Shown: piece by piece, positions 8,066 to 17,897 of the stretch
How positions within the stretch are numbered: the stretch's first letter is position 1
How the letters are laid out: every line of letters begins with the position of its first letter
Source: an uncultured Bacilli bacterium
Lineage (GTDB): Bacteria; Bacillota_I; Bacilli_A; RF39; UBA660
Assembly: GCA_944327365.1 (NCBI GenBank)
Contig: CALVHI010000002.1
Location: forward strand, 1 to 52,183
Direction of reading: 5' to 3'
DNA: 52,183 nt
The notes under the pieces: model-generated
What the model was told of the DNA's origin: nothing
Database searches by the model: none
What the model saw: only the letters and a program-made list of their open reading frames with translations
Made by a program: the position numbers and the translations under genes

Positions 8066-9820
8066 CTATTCCTCATTTAAACTTGCAAATAAGTTTGTAT
8101 TTATTAAACTCGGATAATATTTCGTGATTTCTTCTTTTAAATATAAACCTTTTTGATATAGATTGGGATAATCATTAATGACACTTGTATCATTACATGC
8201 ACATATCTTTTCAAATATTCTTGATCTATCTTCACTAGCATAAGTATGAGAATATTCATCAATAAAATATACATCTTCTTTATTAGCCTCTGTTAGGGTA
8301 TAGTTAAAATAATTAGATGAAGTGTAAGAATCATTATAGGAAAAATTAGGTGGATTATAGGAATTCCAATTAGGAAATGGATTTAGTCCTTTATTTTGTA
8401 AATTAAATTCAAGATTATGCAATAATTCATGACATAATAATTCTTCAATATTAGGTTGATTTAAATCAATTACAATCATGTATTCATTGTTATATGTTAA
8501 AGAGTATGCAGCAGGGTTTGATACTTGTGTTTCATAATCACTTGGAGTTAGTTCGCCTACTAAATAAAGATTTAAACCTTTATTATTATTTTCATAAAAT
8601 GTATCAAAAAAAGTAACATCATATTTTTCTAAAATTTCATTTATTTTATTTAATGACTCTAATATTATTTCATTGTTTGTTAGAGTTTGAGCATAAAAAT
8701 CAGGAAAGTTTATTATGGCATTATCTTTTATTTTTATATTTACATGATAATTATTAGCTATATCATCTATTTTGGTATTTATATTATGCAATAATTCATT
8801 CGTGTAGTCTTTTAATTTAATTTTTTCTTCTTCTAACTGATTTAGATCAATTACATAAAAATTATTTGTATCTTGTAAAATATAAATATATAAATAATTA
8901 TTTTGGTTTATTATTTTAGATATTGGATTGTTTTCAGATAAAAGGGTTGTATCTATAATTTGAAGGGTATCTTCTTCCATGTTTTCTATTAATAAATTGT
9001 TTTCTATTATATCATAAAGATATAATGTCGTATGACTATCATTAACTGTACCACTATAATAGTAGTTTTCTTCTAATTTATTTTCAATAATAACTTCTTT
9101 ATTTTCTTCTAAATCTTTTATTATAAATTCTTTGTCATCATAAAAGATTAGACCTTGCTCAACTTTAAAATAAGAGCTTTTATTAATGTTTTCTAACTGA
9201 TTTAAATTGACATCATATAAGTAATAGTTTCCCAATTCATCAAAATATAGAAGATATGTATTATCTTTTGTTTTATAATAAGTTTCATATAATAAAGTTT
9301 GATCAAATGATATCGTACGATAATGTTCTTTTGAGGATCTTAATAAATAAATATTTTTATCTTCTATTTTTAGATAAATATCTTTGTAGGGTGCATAGTC
9401 AATTCCTAATTTGGTTTCGTCTTGGTTAGAAAATATTTTATTAAACTTTAAATCATACACTTCAAATAAATTATCTGTTTGACAATAAATTCTATGATCT
9501 TCTAACGTACAATAAGATTGAGTATCATCTATTTTGCTAATTAAAATTATTTCATTAGTCTTAATGTTTATTTTTTTTAATTCATAATTAAAAACATTTG
9601 TTTCTTCATTTTCGTTCATTAACAAATAATAAATTTCATCATCTTGTTGGAATAACCCATTAACATTGCTATTATGAGTTTGTAAGTCATAACGATAAAT
9701 TCCCGAGCTTATTATATTCCCTGATAAATCTAGATGCTCATTTTTTAAATTTACTCTAAATAAGCAAATAGCTAAAATAAGTACTATAATACTTAGAAAT
9801 AAAGCGATATTCTTTTTCAT
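8066..9820 (-). CDS. Membrane-anchored hypothetical protein with a C-terminal HExxH metallopeptidase-like motif
   Basis: N-terminal TM helix IALFLSIIVLILAICLF, a long Y/N/D-rich repeat-like body, and LLCHELLHNLEF. The ATG at 9820 follows an AAAGGGTG RBS. The track start at 9829 is a GTG inside that RBS. Confidence 0.7.
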   Translation of the reverse strand: MKKNIALFLSIIVLILAICLFRVNLKNEHLDLSGNIISSGIYRYDLQTHNSNVNGLFQQDDEIYYLLMNENEETNVFNYELKKINIKTNEIILISKIDDTQSYCTLEDHRIYCQTDNLFEVYDLKFNKIFSNQDETKLGIDYAPYKDIYLKIEDKNIYLLRSSKEHYRTISFDQTLLYETYYKTKDNTYLLYFDELGNYYLYDVNLNQLENINKSSYFKVEQGLIFYDDKEFIIKDLEENKEVIIENKLEENYYYSGTVNDSHTTLYLYDIIENNLLIENMEEDTLQIIDTTLLSENNPISKIINQNNYLYIYILQDTNNFYVIDLNQLEEEKIKLKDYTNELLHNINTKIDDIANNYHVNIKIKDNAIINFPDFYAQTLTNNEIILESLNKINEILEKYDVTFFDTFYENNNKGLNLYLVGELTPSDYETQVSNPAAYSLTYNNEYMIVIDLNQPNIEELLCHELLHNLEFNLQNKGLNPFPNWNSYNPPNFSYNDSYTSSNYFNYTLTEANKEDVYFIDEYSHTYASEDRSRIFEKICACNDTSVINDYPNLYQKGLYLKEEITKYYPSLINTNLFASLNEE

Positions 9821-9876
9821 ATCTAACACCCTTTATTATAAATATAATAGCACTTTTCTCCTTTTATGTCTATTTT

Positions 9877-10581
9877 TTAATTTCTATTTTTCACTATCTT
9901 GTCATAACTACGAGGATATTTTTCACTCGTCTTTTTCATTTTTTTTATCATTATTAAAGATCGATTACTTAATTCTATGGGTAAGCTAAATTTAATGACG
10001 CTTATTATTTTGCTATCTAATTGTTCTAAAATTTTAGTGCTTGCTATTATTTCTTCTTCACATGATGATTTCATAGCAATAAATAGACCATCTACCTTTA
10101 AATAAGGAATTGCTAATTCTGATAAGATGCGAAGATGCGATACGGCACGTGATGTTACAATATCAAAGTATTCACGATACTCGCTAGATAGAGATTCTGC
10201 ACGAGCATTTAAGCAAGTGACATTTGTTAAATTTAACTCTTTTATTACCGTTTGTAAAAACATTATCTTTTTGTGATTGGAATCTAATAACGTAACTTCA
10301 AGATTGGGGTAAATTATTTTTAAAACTAATCCAGGGAAGCCTGCGCCAGTACCGATATCTAATAATTTTAAATTTTCATCTAAACTTATTCCCTTAGTTA
10401 AAGTTAGAGAATCATAAAAATGTTTTAGATAAATTTCTTCCTCTGTTTTAATTGCTGTTAAATTAAATTTTTGGTTGTATTCTATTAGTAAATCTTTATA
10501 TTTTGCTAAATCTTTTAGATTTTGTTCTGTTACCTTGATATTTAATTTTTCTAATTCTTTAATAAATATTTCTTTATTCAT
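9877..10581 (-). CDS. rsmG: 16S rRNA (guanine527-N7)-methyltransferase
   Basis: SAM motif LLDIGTGAGFPGLVLKI. Position is directly downstream of mnmG. Confidence 0.9.
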   Translation of the reverse strand: MNKEIFIKELEKLNIKVTEQNLKDLAKYKDLLIEYNQKFNLTAIKTEEEIYLKHFYDSLTLTKGISLDENLKLLDIGTGAGFPGLVLKIIYPNLEVTLLDSNHKKIMFLQTVIKELNLTNVTCLNARAESLSSEYREYFDIVTSRAVSHLRILSELAIPYLKVDGLFIAMKSSCEEEIIASTKILEQLDSKIISVIKFSLPIELSNRSLIMIKKMKKTSEKYPRSYDKIVKNRN

Positions 10582-10590
10582 GAATACTCC

Positions 10591-12447
10591 TTATTTATCG
10601 TATTTTTTCTTTAAATATACTGTAAGTATCGCTATATCAGACGGGTTTACGCCACTAATTCTAGTTGCTTGGCCAATAGATAGTGGTCTAATTTGGCTTA
10701 ATTTTTGTCTTGCTTCACTCGCTAAGTTTAAAATATCAGCATAATCTATGTCCTTAGGAATTAATTTTTCTTCTAATTTTTTAGATTTTTCTGCTTCTTT
10801 ATATACTTTAGCAATATATCCCTCATATTTAATCTCAATTTCTACTTCTTCTAGGATTTTTTTAGAATAATCAAGAGGAATTAATTGTTTAATGATTTCC
10901 ATATTGATTTCTGGCCTTTTTAAAAACATGTAAAGGCTTGTACTAAATGATGGTACTTCAATATTTAGAGATGCGAGTAATTCTTTTGTTTCATCATTTA
11001 ATTTTAAATTGTTATTTCTTAAAATGTTTTTTACTTCATTCATTAATGCTTCTTTTTCTTTTAGTTTAGTAAATCTTTCTTTATCGATTGTACCATGATT
11101 ATAGCCTATTTCTCTTAATCTTAAATCAGCATTATCATGACGTAAAATAAGACGATATTCGGCTCGACTGGTAAGCATACGATATGGCTCTTTCGTTCCT
11201 TTCGTTACTAAATCATCAATTAAAACACCAATATAAGCTTCATCTCTTCTTAAAATTAGTGATTCTAAGCCCTTTAATTTATGATGAGCATTGATACCAG
11301 CGATAAGTCCTTGAGCTGCTGCTTCTTCATAGCCACTTGTGCCATTAATTTGGCCAGCGGTAAATAAATTTTCAATCAATTTATTTTCTAGGCTTGGTTT
11401 CATTTCTAAAGGGTTTAGCGCATCATATTCAATTGCATAAGCATACTTTGTAATTACCGCATTTTCTAGGCCACTTAAAGAGTGGACCATCTTTTCTTGC
11501 ACACTCCTTGGCATTGAAGTCGAAAAACCTTGTAGGTACCATTCATCATAGTAGATACTTTCTGGTTCTAAAAATAATTGATGACGTTCTTTGTCGGCAA
11601 AACGCACTATCTTATCTTCAATAGACGGGCAATATCTTGGACCTATTCCCGTTACATAACCACCATACATCGCTGATTTTTCTAAATTATTTCTAATAAT
11701 TTCATGGGTTTTTGCATTGGTATAAAGCAAATAACATTTTTGTTGTTTGTTAATTTCATAAAAGGGTGGATTATCAAAACTAAAAGTGTAATATTCATTA
11801 TCACCTAGTTCTTCTTGCATCTTACTAAAATCAATGGAATCTTTTTTTATTCTTGGTGGTGTGCCTGTTTTTAATCTTTGAATCTCTAATCCTAATTTTT
11901 TTAAATTGTCACTTAAGTTATTGCTTCTTTCCTCACCATGCGGTCCTCCTGGTGTGTTTTCACTGCCAATTAAAATATTGGCCTTTAGGTATGTTCCGGT
12001 TGTTAGAATGACTGCATCACTTTTTAGTTCTTTTTCGTCACTCAAAATTATGCCACCAACTTTATTATCATTTACGATAAGATTTTCAACCATGCCCTCA
12101 ATGATTGTTAAATTAGGAGTACTCTTTAAAAACTCTAACATGACTTTAGGGTATGTTATTTTATCTGCTTGGGCACGCAAGCTTCTTACGGCTGGACCTT
12201 TCCTATTATTTAGCATCTTGATTTGGAAATGAGCTCGGTCTGCTACTTTACCCATAATTCCCCCTAATGCATCTAGTTCTCTTACAATAATTCCTTTAGC
12301 GGTTCCTCCAATAGAAGGATTACATGGCATGTCGGCTATATTTTTAATATTAGCTGTTACTAAGGCTGTTTTAAGGCCTAGGTAAGCACCAATATGAGCT
12401 GCTTCACAACCGGCATGTCCTCCTCCTACAACTATTAAATCATACAT
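10591..12447 (-). CDS. mnmG: tRNA uridine 5-carboxymethylaminomethyl modification enzyme MnmG (GidA)
   Basis: YDLIVVGGGHAGCEAA FAD motif. Length is 618 aa with conserved GidA blocks throughout. Confidence 0.95.
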   Translation of the reverse strand: MYDLIVVGGGHAGCEAAHIGAYLGLKTALVTANIKNIADMPCNPSIGGTAKGIIVRELDALGGIMGKVADRAHFQIKMLNNRKGPAVRSLRAQADKITYPKVMLEFLKSTPNLTIIEGMVENLIVNDNKVGGIILSDEKELKSDAVILTTGTYLKANILIGSENTPGGPHGEERSNNLSDNLKKLGLEIQRLKTGTPPRIKKDSIDFSKMQEELGDNEYYTFSFDNPPFYEINKQQKCYLLYTNAKTHEIIRNNLEKSAMYGGYVTGIGPRYCPSIEDKIVRFADKERHQLFLEPESIYYDEWYLQGFSTSMPRSVQEKMVHSLSGLENAVITKYAYAIEYDALNPLEMKPSLENKLIENLFTAGQINGTSGYEEAAAQGLIAGINAHHKLKGLESLILRRDEAYIGVLIDDLVTKGTKEPYRMLTSRAEYRLILRHDNADLRLREIGYNHGTIDKERFTKLKEKEALMNEVKNILRNNNLKLNDETKELLASLNIEVPSFSTSLYMFLKRPEINMEIIKQLIPLDYSKKILEEVEIEIKYEGYIAKVYKEAEKSKKLEEKLIPKDIDYADILNLASEARQKLSQIRPLSIGQATRISGVNPSDIAILTVYLKKKYDK

Positions 12448-12458
12448 TTATTATTCCC

Positions 12459-13805
12459 TTACTTTCCTAAACAGAATTTACTAAATAATGTATCTAGTAA
12501 TTCATCTTGGTAAACCTCACCAGTGATTTCTCCTAGTAAATCCCAAGCTTTTTTAATATCAATGGCAATCATATCAACAGGTAACTTGGTACTCACATTG
12601 TTTAGAGCATTCTCAATACTATTTAAAGCTTCTTTAATTAACCCAATAACTCTTGCACTTGAGACTATTTCTAGATTGCTATTATTAATTTTTTCTAAAT
12701 CAAATAATTCAACTATCTTATTTTTTAAACTATCTAGGCCATCTATATCAACGGTATTTCCTTTTACTGCATCAGCATTATTTAATTCTAATTTTGTTTC
12801 TAAATCACTTTTATTTATAAAAATAATGTGAGTTTTATTCATTAGTTTCGTCATAATTTCTTTGTCTTCATCAGTTAGTTCTTCATTATTGTTTAAAACA
12901 AGAATGACTAAATCAGCGACATCAATCATTTCCATAGATTTATCAACCCCAATTTTTTCGACGACATCTTCTGTTTTACGAATACCGGCTGTATCAATGA
13001 ATTTTAAAGCGATTCCCTTTAGTTCAATTTCCCCTTCAACAATATCACGCGTTGTTCCGGCAATATCAGTTACAATCGCTTTATTTTCTTTTAATAACGC
13101 ATTTAGGATACTACTTTTTCCGACATTAGGGCGACCAACAATCGCTACTTTAATGCCGTTTTCAATAATTTTACCAATCTTTCCTTCTTCTAGTAAGTTT
13201 TCTAATTCTTTCTTAATTTCATTTAATTTTGGTGGTAAGTTTTCTAAGGTGATTTCTAAGGCATCTTCATATTCCGGAAAGTCAATATTCACTTCAATGT
13301 TAGCAAGTAATTCGACAATAATTTGTCTCACTTTATTAATTTTTTTAGAGACTTTACCACTAAGACCATTTAAAGCGAGTTTACGTTCTAAGTCTGTGTG
13401 AGATTTAATTAAACTATTTACGGCTTCGGCCTGACTTAAGTCTAGCCTACCATTTAAGAAAGCTCTTTTGGTAAATTCTCCTGGTTCGGCAAGACGAATG
13501 CCACTTGCAATTAGTACTTCTAACACTTTTTTGGTTGTGGAAATTCCCCCATGAGAATTTATTTCTACAATGTCTTCTTTGGTATATGTTTTAGGTGCTT
13601 TTAAAACGGTTACTAAAACTTCATCAATCATCTCGCCATCACTTACAATGTGACCATAATGGATAGTGTTGCTTTCTACTTCTCTTAAGTTTTTGCCATC
13701 AAAAAGATTGGCAACTTTATTAATTGCCTCTTCACCACTTACTCTAATAATTGATATAGCCCCTACTCCTAAAGCAGTTGATATAGCACAAATTGTATCA
13801 TTCAT
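12459..13805 (-). CDS. mnmE: tRNA modification GTPase MnmE (TrmE)
   Basis: G-domain GRPNVGKSSILNAL, DTAGIR and NKSD. The C-terminus ends in the conserved CLGK. Confidence 0.95.
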   Translation of the reverse strand: MNDTICAISTALGVGAISIIRVSGEEAINKVANLFDGKNLREVESNTIHYGHIVSDGEMIDEVLVTVLKAPKTYTKEDIVEINSHGGISTTKKVLEVLIASGIRLAEPGEFTKRAFLNGRLDLSQAEAVNSLIKSHTDLERKLALNGLSGKVSKKINKVRQIIVELLANIEVNIDFPEYEDALEITLENLPPKLNEIKKELENLLEEGKIGKIIENGIKVAIVGRPNVGKSSILNALLKENKAIVTDIAGTTRDIVEGEIELKGIALKFIDTAGIRKTEDVVEKIGVDKSMEMIDVADLVILVLNNNEELTDEDKEIMTKLMNKTHIIFINKSDLETKLELNNADAVKGNTVDIDGLDSLKNKIVELFDLEKINNSNLEIVSSARVIGLIKEALNSIENALNNVSTKLPVDMIAIDIKKAWDLLGEITGEVYQDELLDTLFSKFCLGK

Positions 13806-13832
13806 AAAAAGTCACTCCTTTTAAGCGACTTT

Positions 13833-13861
13833 ATTATAGCAAATAATTAAAGATTTAGCAA
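13833..13861 (-). promoter_or_regulatory. Candidate sigma-A promoter of mnmE
   Basis: On the minus strand: TTGCTA (13856-13861), a 17-nt spacer, then TATAAT (13833-13838), about 25 nt upstream of the AAGGAG RBS. Confidence 0.5.
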
Positions 13862-13945
13862 TTTTTACATCACATTTTTTACTATCTTTAACTAATGATT
13901 AACAGGAAAACCGTTCGACACAATTCGGCGTTTTCTTTTTGCAAA

Positions 13946-13968
13946 GAAAAACCAAGCATATAGCTTGG
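13946..13968 (-). terminator. Intrinsic terminator after rpsI
   Basis: On the minus strand: CCAAGC-TATA-GCTTGG hairpin (13952-13968) followed by TTTTT. Confidence 0.65.
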
Positions 13969-13985
13969 AAATAGAAAACTGTTTA

Positions 13986-14402
13986 CTATCTTTTTGAAAA
14001 TTGTGGAGCACGACGAGCTTTTTTAAGTCCGTATTTCTTACGTTCTTTTACTCTAGCATCTCTTGTTAAGAATCCATTTGCTTTTAAAATCTTACGATAA
14101 GAATCTTCTCTTGTTTGATCCGTATTCTCATCAAATTTTAATAGGGCTCTGGCAATACCTAAACGAATTGCTCCGGCTTGGCCTGAATATCCACCACCAT
14201 TTACAGTAACATCAATATCAAAACGATTTAAGTTATCTGTAACAGAAAGTGGTTGTTTTAAATCCATAACTAGAATTTGATTTGGAAAATATTCATTTAC
14301 ATCAATACCGTTTACAACGATATTTCCCGTTCCGCCTGTAATTCTAACAGATGCAGAACTTCTTTTACGACGACCTGTTGCGGTCCATATTTGTTTTGCC
14401 AT
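13986..14402 (-). CDS. rpsI: 30S ribosomal protein S9
   Basis: [19 protein letters not shown] and a C-terminal [12 protein letters not shown]. Confidence 0.95.
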   Translation of the reverse strand: MAKQIWTATGRRKRSSASVRITGGTGNIVVNGIDVNEYFPNQILVMDLKQPLSVTDNLNRFDIDVTVNGGGYSGQAGAIRLGIARALLKFDENTDQTREDSYRKILKANGFLTRDARVKERKKYGLKKARRAPQFSKR

Positions 14403-14412
14403 TTAAATCCTC

Positions 14413-14844
14413 CTAATCAATATTTAGTGTTATAGGTTTCCCTGCTTCATGTTTATGTTCACTACCAGCATAAACAAATAATTTTTTGCCCATAGCTCTT
14501 CCTAAACTATTATGGGGAAGCATACCTTTAACAGCTCTTTCTACCATTTCTTCTGGATATTTTTCAACCATTACTTTAGCCGTTCTTTCTCTTAGGCCTC
14601 CTGGATAACCAGAGTGATTGTAATACATCTTATCATTTAACTTGTTTCCAGTTAAATTTACTTTTGATGCATTAATAATGATTACATAATCTCCACAGTC
14701 TACACTTGGTGTGTAAGTTGGTTTGTGTTTTCCTCTAAGAATTGTAGCAGCTTTTGTAGCAACTCTACCTAGAGTTTTTCCTTCGGCATCAATTACATAC
14801 CATTTGCGTTTTACGTCTTCTTTTTTTTGCATGAATGTCTTCAT
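14413..14844 (-). CDS. rplM: 50S ribosomal protein L13
   Basis: [19 protein letters not shown]...GMLP. It lies immediately upstream of rpsI. Confidence 0.95.
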   Translation of the reverse strand: MKTFMQKKEDVKRKWYVIDAEGKTLGRVATKAATILRGKHKPTYTPSVDCGDYVIIINASKVNLTGNKLNDKMYYNHSGYPGGLRERTAKVMVEKYPEEMVERAVKGMLPHNSLGRAMGKKLFVYAGSEHKHEAGKPITLNID

Positions 14845-14956
14845 TTTTTTATCCCTTTCATTTAGTCTTCCTTGCTTTTGCTTTCCCAGGGCTCGGCAAT
14901 TCCAACAAACAAAATGTACCAGTTAAAATTATATGTAAAATAATCTCGTTTGTCAA
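14845..14956 (-). promoter_or_regulatory. Consensus sigma-A promoter plus a relatively GC-rich 5' leader of rplM-rpsI (possible L13 leader)
   Basis: On the minus strand: TTGACA (14951-14956), a 17-nt spacer, then TATAAT (14928-14933). The roughly 80-nt leader contains GGAATTGCCGAGCCCTGGGAAAGCAAAAGCAAGG, which is unusually GC-rich for this DNA. Confidence 0.6.
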
Positions 14957-15009
14957 ATAAAAAATGCATTTTTTTGTTATTTTTTCAATTTTACTTTACT
15001 TATTAATAA

Positions 15010-16065
15010 CTATGGACCTATAAAAGTAATTAAATTGTATTCATATTCTTTACTAATTATCATCATTCTTTCTAAATAATCAATGAATCTTTTATAGAAA
15101 TTTATAATTTCATTAATATAATTTTTTATTAGTTTGTTACATTTTTCTTTTGCTTGAATTTTTCGATAATCGATTCTAGAATCAAGATATAAAATCAAAT
15201 TGTAATTTTTTTTAATCTCATCTAATTTAGGATTATCGTAATCACTTTTTAATAAACTTATGATTTCTTCGATTTCATTTATCAGTTTTTTAATATCATC
15301 AAAACTAAAATAGTTATATGTTAAATGCCAGGAAAACTCATTATCCATATCATATCTTTTTTTATTTTCAACTAATTCAGGATTAAAGCATTTTTTTAAC
15401 ACCGGATATAAGAACGCTTCTACATCACTTTCTTCAATAGCAATTACTTCTTCTTGCATTTCTGTAACATTACTTGCATTATCAGTATCATCGTTTAGAT
15501 CTTTTATTTTAATAGGAAAAATATGAAAATAAGAGCCACTTTGGCCACCTTCTAAAATTCTAATTAAACTATTTCCAGCTTCTATTACTTCAATGTTTTT
15601 TAAATGCCAATCGGAGACTTGATGCAATAATTCAAATTCCCAAGATGGCACTAAATCATCAACTTTTTCTTCTATGTATTTTTTAGGTTCAGATGGATCT
15701 ATGCTATCGTATATATAATCGTTATAATCATTATTTATGTGTATTCGCACTTTGTAGGGAGCAGTTTGTAACTTTATTGATGTTAAGAGGTCATAATAAG
15801 AAATATATTCACCAATCTTAAATAAATATGGAGATATAACTTTTATGTTGTTTAGAAAAATTTTGTCTTCTGTTATATTAAAAAACAAATTAGAATCGTA
15901 TTCTTGATAAAAAGATTCGCTTGCACTAGTTTTAACTGCATAGTAATTATTATGTTTATAATCAAATTCAAATAGTAGCTCTCTGTTTTTATCAACAGGA
16001 ACTAAAATTTTGTCTGGTTGTTTTTTAATATTTATTAATTCAACTAAATCATAATAAGATATCAT
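15010..16065 (-). CDS. Hypothetical 351-aa protein with an internal N-terminal tandem duplication
   Basis: ISYYDL(V/L)...(K/N)NI(E/K)VI occurs at residues 2-85 and again at 88-165. The C-terminal third is helical and K/E/I-rich. No family was recognised. Confidence 0.6.
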   Translation of the reverse strand: MISYYDLVELINIKKQPDKILVPVDKNRELLFEFDYKHNNYYAVKTSASESFYQEYDSNLFFNITEDKIFLNNIKVISPYLFKIGEYISYYDLLTSIKLQTAPYKVRIHINNDYNDYIYDSIDPSEPKKYIEEKVDDLVPSWEFELLHQVSDWHLKNIEVIEAGNSLIRILEGGQSGSYFHIFPIKIKDLNDDTDNASNVTEMQEEVIAIEESDVEAFLYPVLKKCFNPELVENKKRYDMDNEFSWHLTYNYFSFDDIKKLINEIEEIISLLKSDYDNPKLDEIKKNYNLILYLDSRIDYRKIQAKEKCNKLIKNYINEIINFYKRFIDYLERMMIISKEYEYNLITFIGP

Positions 16066-16080
16066 ATTTTCACCTAGCCT

Positions 16081-16536
16081 TTATGTAAATGAACAATTTT
16101 CTTGAAACATATTTTTTCGCTTTTCAATTAATTTTTTTAGTTTTTCTAACTTTTTTTCTAACTCTTTCTTTCTTTTTATTCTTTCTTGTATATCTGGAAG
16201 CCAAGTTAGCCAATAGTCAAAAGATACTTTAATATCTTCATATAATTGATTACAAAAATCAATCATGTTTATATGAATGATTTCATAGCTTGCTAAAGCT
16301 GGATTTAAAACAAGATTTGCATCATTTTCTATAAATACATGGATATTCCAGTAGCTTACTACACATATAACTCTATTGGGTTCCAAATAGCCATAAACGA
16401 CAAATGGTTTCATATTTTCTAAGCCATTTATAGATTGATCTAACCAATCAATAGGAATATCAGTAAGATAGCTTAGATTATATGTCGTTTTTCCTAACTT
16501 AAATTTGACCCATCCATTTTGGGGATTACTCAGCAT
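16081..16536 (-). CDS. Hypothetical protein of about 151 aa
   Basis: The ORF is open from 16563. The ATG at 16536 lies 4 nt after the truA stop and has an AGGA upstream. The C-terminus is a charged coiled-coil-like tail (KRKKELEKKLEKLKKLIEKRK). No family was recognised. Confidence 0.55.
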   Translation of the reverse strand: MLSNPQNGWVKFKLGKTTYNLSYLTDIPIDWLDQSINGLENMKPFVVYGYLEPNRVICVVSYWNIHVFIENDANLVLNPALASYEIIHINMIDFCNQLYEDIKVSFDYWLTWLPDIQERIKRKKELEKKLEKLKKLIEKRKNMFQENCSFT

Positions 16537-16540
16537 ATTA

Positions 16541-17281
16541 TCACATTCCTTTTTTATTTTCATATTCTATCTTGTTTAAATATAGGCCATTTGGAATAGC
16601 TGTTTTAAATTGGCGCTTTATTTCGGGGTGTTCTAAGGCATTTTTTATATCATCAAGGCTTGCTTTACTATTTGCTACATCTAGCATGGCTCCTACTAGA
16701 TTTCTTACCATGTACCGGTAAAAGCTCTTTCCAGTAAATTTTATTTCTAATATATTATTTTTTTCGCTAAATTCTATATCGTAAATAATACACTCATAGT
16801 TGGCTCTTTCTCCAGAAGTAAAGTTTTTAAAATTATGGACTCCTAGAAAAAACTTGGCACACTCCTTCATTTTAGCAATATCTAATTTGTAATTGGGCTC
16901 ATATATGTAGTCGTAATATAAAGGATTATATGCTCCTAGATTTATTTTGTAGATATATTCTTTTTGGAGAACATGAAATCTTGGATGGAAATCATCAGGA
17001 ACTCTTTTTACATCATGAATATAGATGTATGGCACTACTAAACTGTTTATAGCTGTCTTTAAATGTTCTTCATCAATATTTATATCTATCCTAAATGTTA
17101 CTTTTTGATCATAGGCATGAACGCCCCGGTCAGTTCTCCCGGCTCCCTTTGTTTCTATTCTTTCTTTAGCAATAATGCTTAAAGCATCTTCTAATTTTTT
17201 TTGAACTGTTTCATGTTTTTTTAATCTTTGAAATCCATAAAATTTAGAACCATCATAAGCTAGACTAATTAGATATTTCAT
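16541..17281 (-). CDS. truA: tRNA pseudouridine(38-40) synthase
   Basis: YDGSKFYGFQ and the catalytic block GAGRTDRGVHA. Confidence 0.9.
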   Translation of the reverse strand: MKYLISLAYDGSKFYGFQRLKKHETVQKKLEDALSIIAKERIETKGAGRTDRGVHAYDQKVTFRIDINIDEEHLKTAINSLVVPYIYIHDVKRVPDDFHPRFHVLQKEYIYKINLGAYNPLYYDYIYEPNYKLDIAKMKECAKFFLGVHNFKNFTSGERANYECIIYDIEFSEKNNILEIKFTGKSFYRYMVRNLVGAMLDVANSKASLDDIKNALEHPEIKRQFKTAIPNGLYLNKIEYENKKGM

Positions 17282-17897
17282 GATTAGACTCCTTTATTCG
17301 ATATATTGCTTTTAATAAATCTTTGATGTCTTGATAGATTTCTATATTTACATTTTTTTCTTTCATTAATTCTGTTATTTTAATAATTTCTGGTTTATTT
17401 AATTGATTTATCCATTTATTATAGTCTTTTTTTGATATTTTGTTTATTTGATTATTATCTATATATATTAAAGTACTGGCAATATCCCAAAATATTGATA
17501 TATCATTGGTAAATATTATGATGGTTTTGTGATATTCATTTGTTAACTTTTTCCATAAACGTTTAAAGTATTCTCTTTCTTGATAATTTTGTTCCTTTTC
17601 AAAATAGTTTAAAACTATATAATCTTTGTTTTCAATTAATGCTTTGGCTAAAGATACTTTTTTTAAATCTCCTATTGATAATTCAAAAGATGCTTTTGAT
17701 AATATATTTTCGTTTAGTAAAACCATTTTTAATGATGATTTGTCTTTATTACTGTTTAAATATTCTTTTACTGTTCCATTAAATTTATAGTCTGTTATAA
17801 TTTTATAGTTTAAATTATTCGTTGTTAGATTGATATTTCCCATTAAGCCATATATTAAACCTTTTTTTTCTTGTTCAAATATATTTGCTACTTCCAT
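17265..17897 (-). CDS. EcfA2-derived ABC-ATPase-like protein lacking all nucleotide-binding motifs
   Basis: It aligns by eye to ECF energizing ATPases. Signature LSGGQ is LSIGD, Walker B LDEPT is LNYFE, the H-loop TH is TN, and the Walker A region is GLMGNINLTTNNL. The C-terminal helices resemble EcfA. It overlaps truA by 17 nt. Confidence 0.7.
   Translation of the reverse strand: MEVANIFEQEKKGLIYGLMGNINLTTNNLNYKIITDYKFNGTVKEYLNSNKDKSSLKMVLLNENILSKASFELSIGDLKKVSLAKALIENKDYIVLNYFEKEQNYQEREYFKRLWKKLTNEYHKTIIIFTNDISIFWDIASTLIYIDNNQINKISKKDYNKWINQLNKPEIIKITELMKEKNVNIEIYQDIKDLLKAIYRIKESNHEISN

Noticed and set aside
13270-13281. Shorter TTCCGGAA-type palindromes (13270-13281 TATTCCGGAAAG; also 42191-42204 TTTTCCCGGAATAA, 31888 and 32610 ATTCCCGG half-sites) as extra Noc sites
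   Set aside because: They are missing a C/G pair or one arm. At this level of degeneracy chance matches are plausible, so they are not called.
12862-13401. Long antisense ORFs opposite real genes (for example 12862-13401, 38531-38974, 11906-12232, 33257-33595, 35769-36092, 26201-26461)
   Set aside because: They give S/F/L/I-rich low-complexity translations, have no RBS, and are fully nested opposite strongly conserved genes (mnmE, gyrB, mnmG, dnaX, gyrA, mfd). These are typical artefacts of AT-rich coding DNA.
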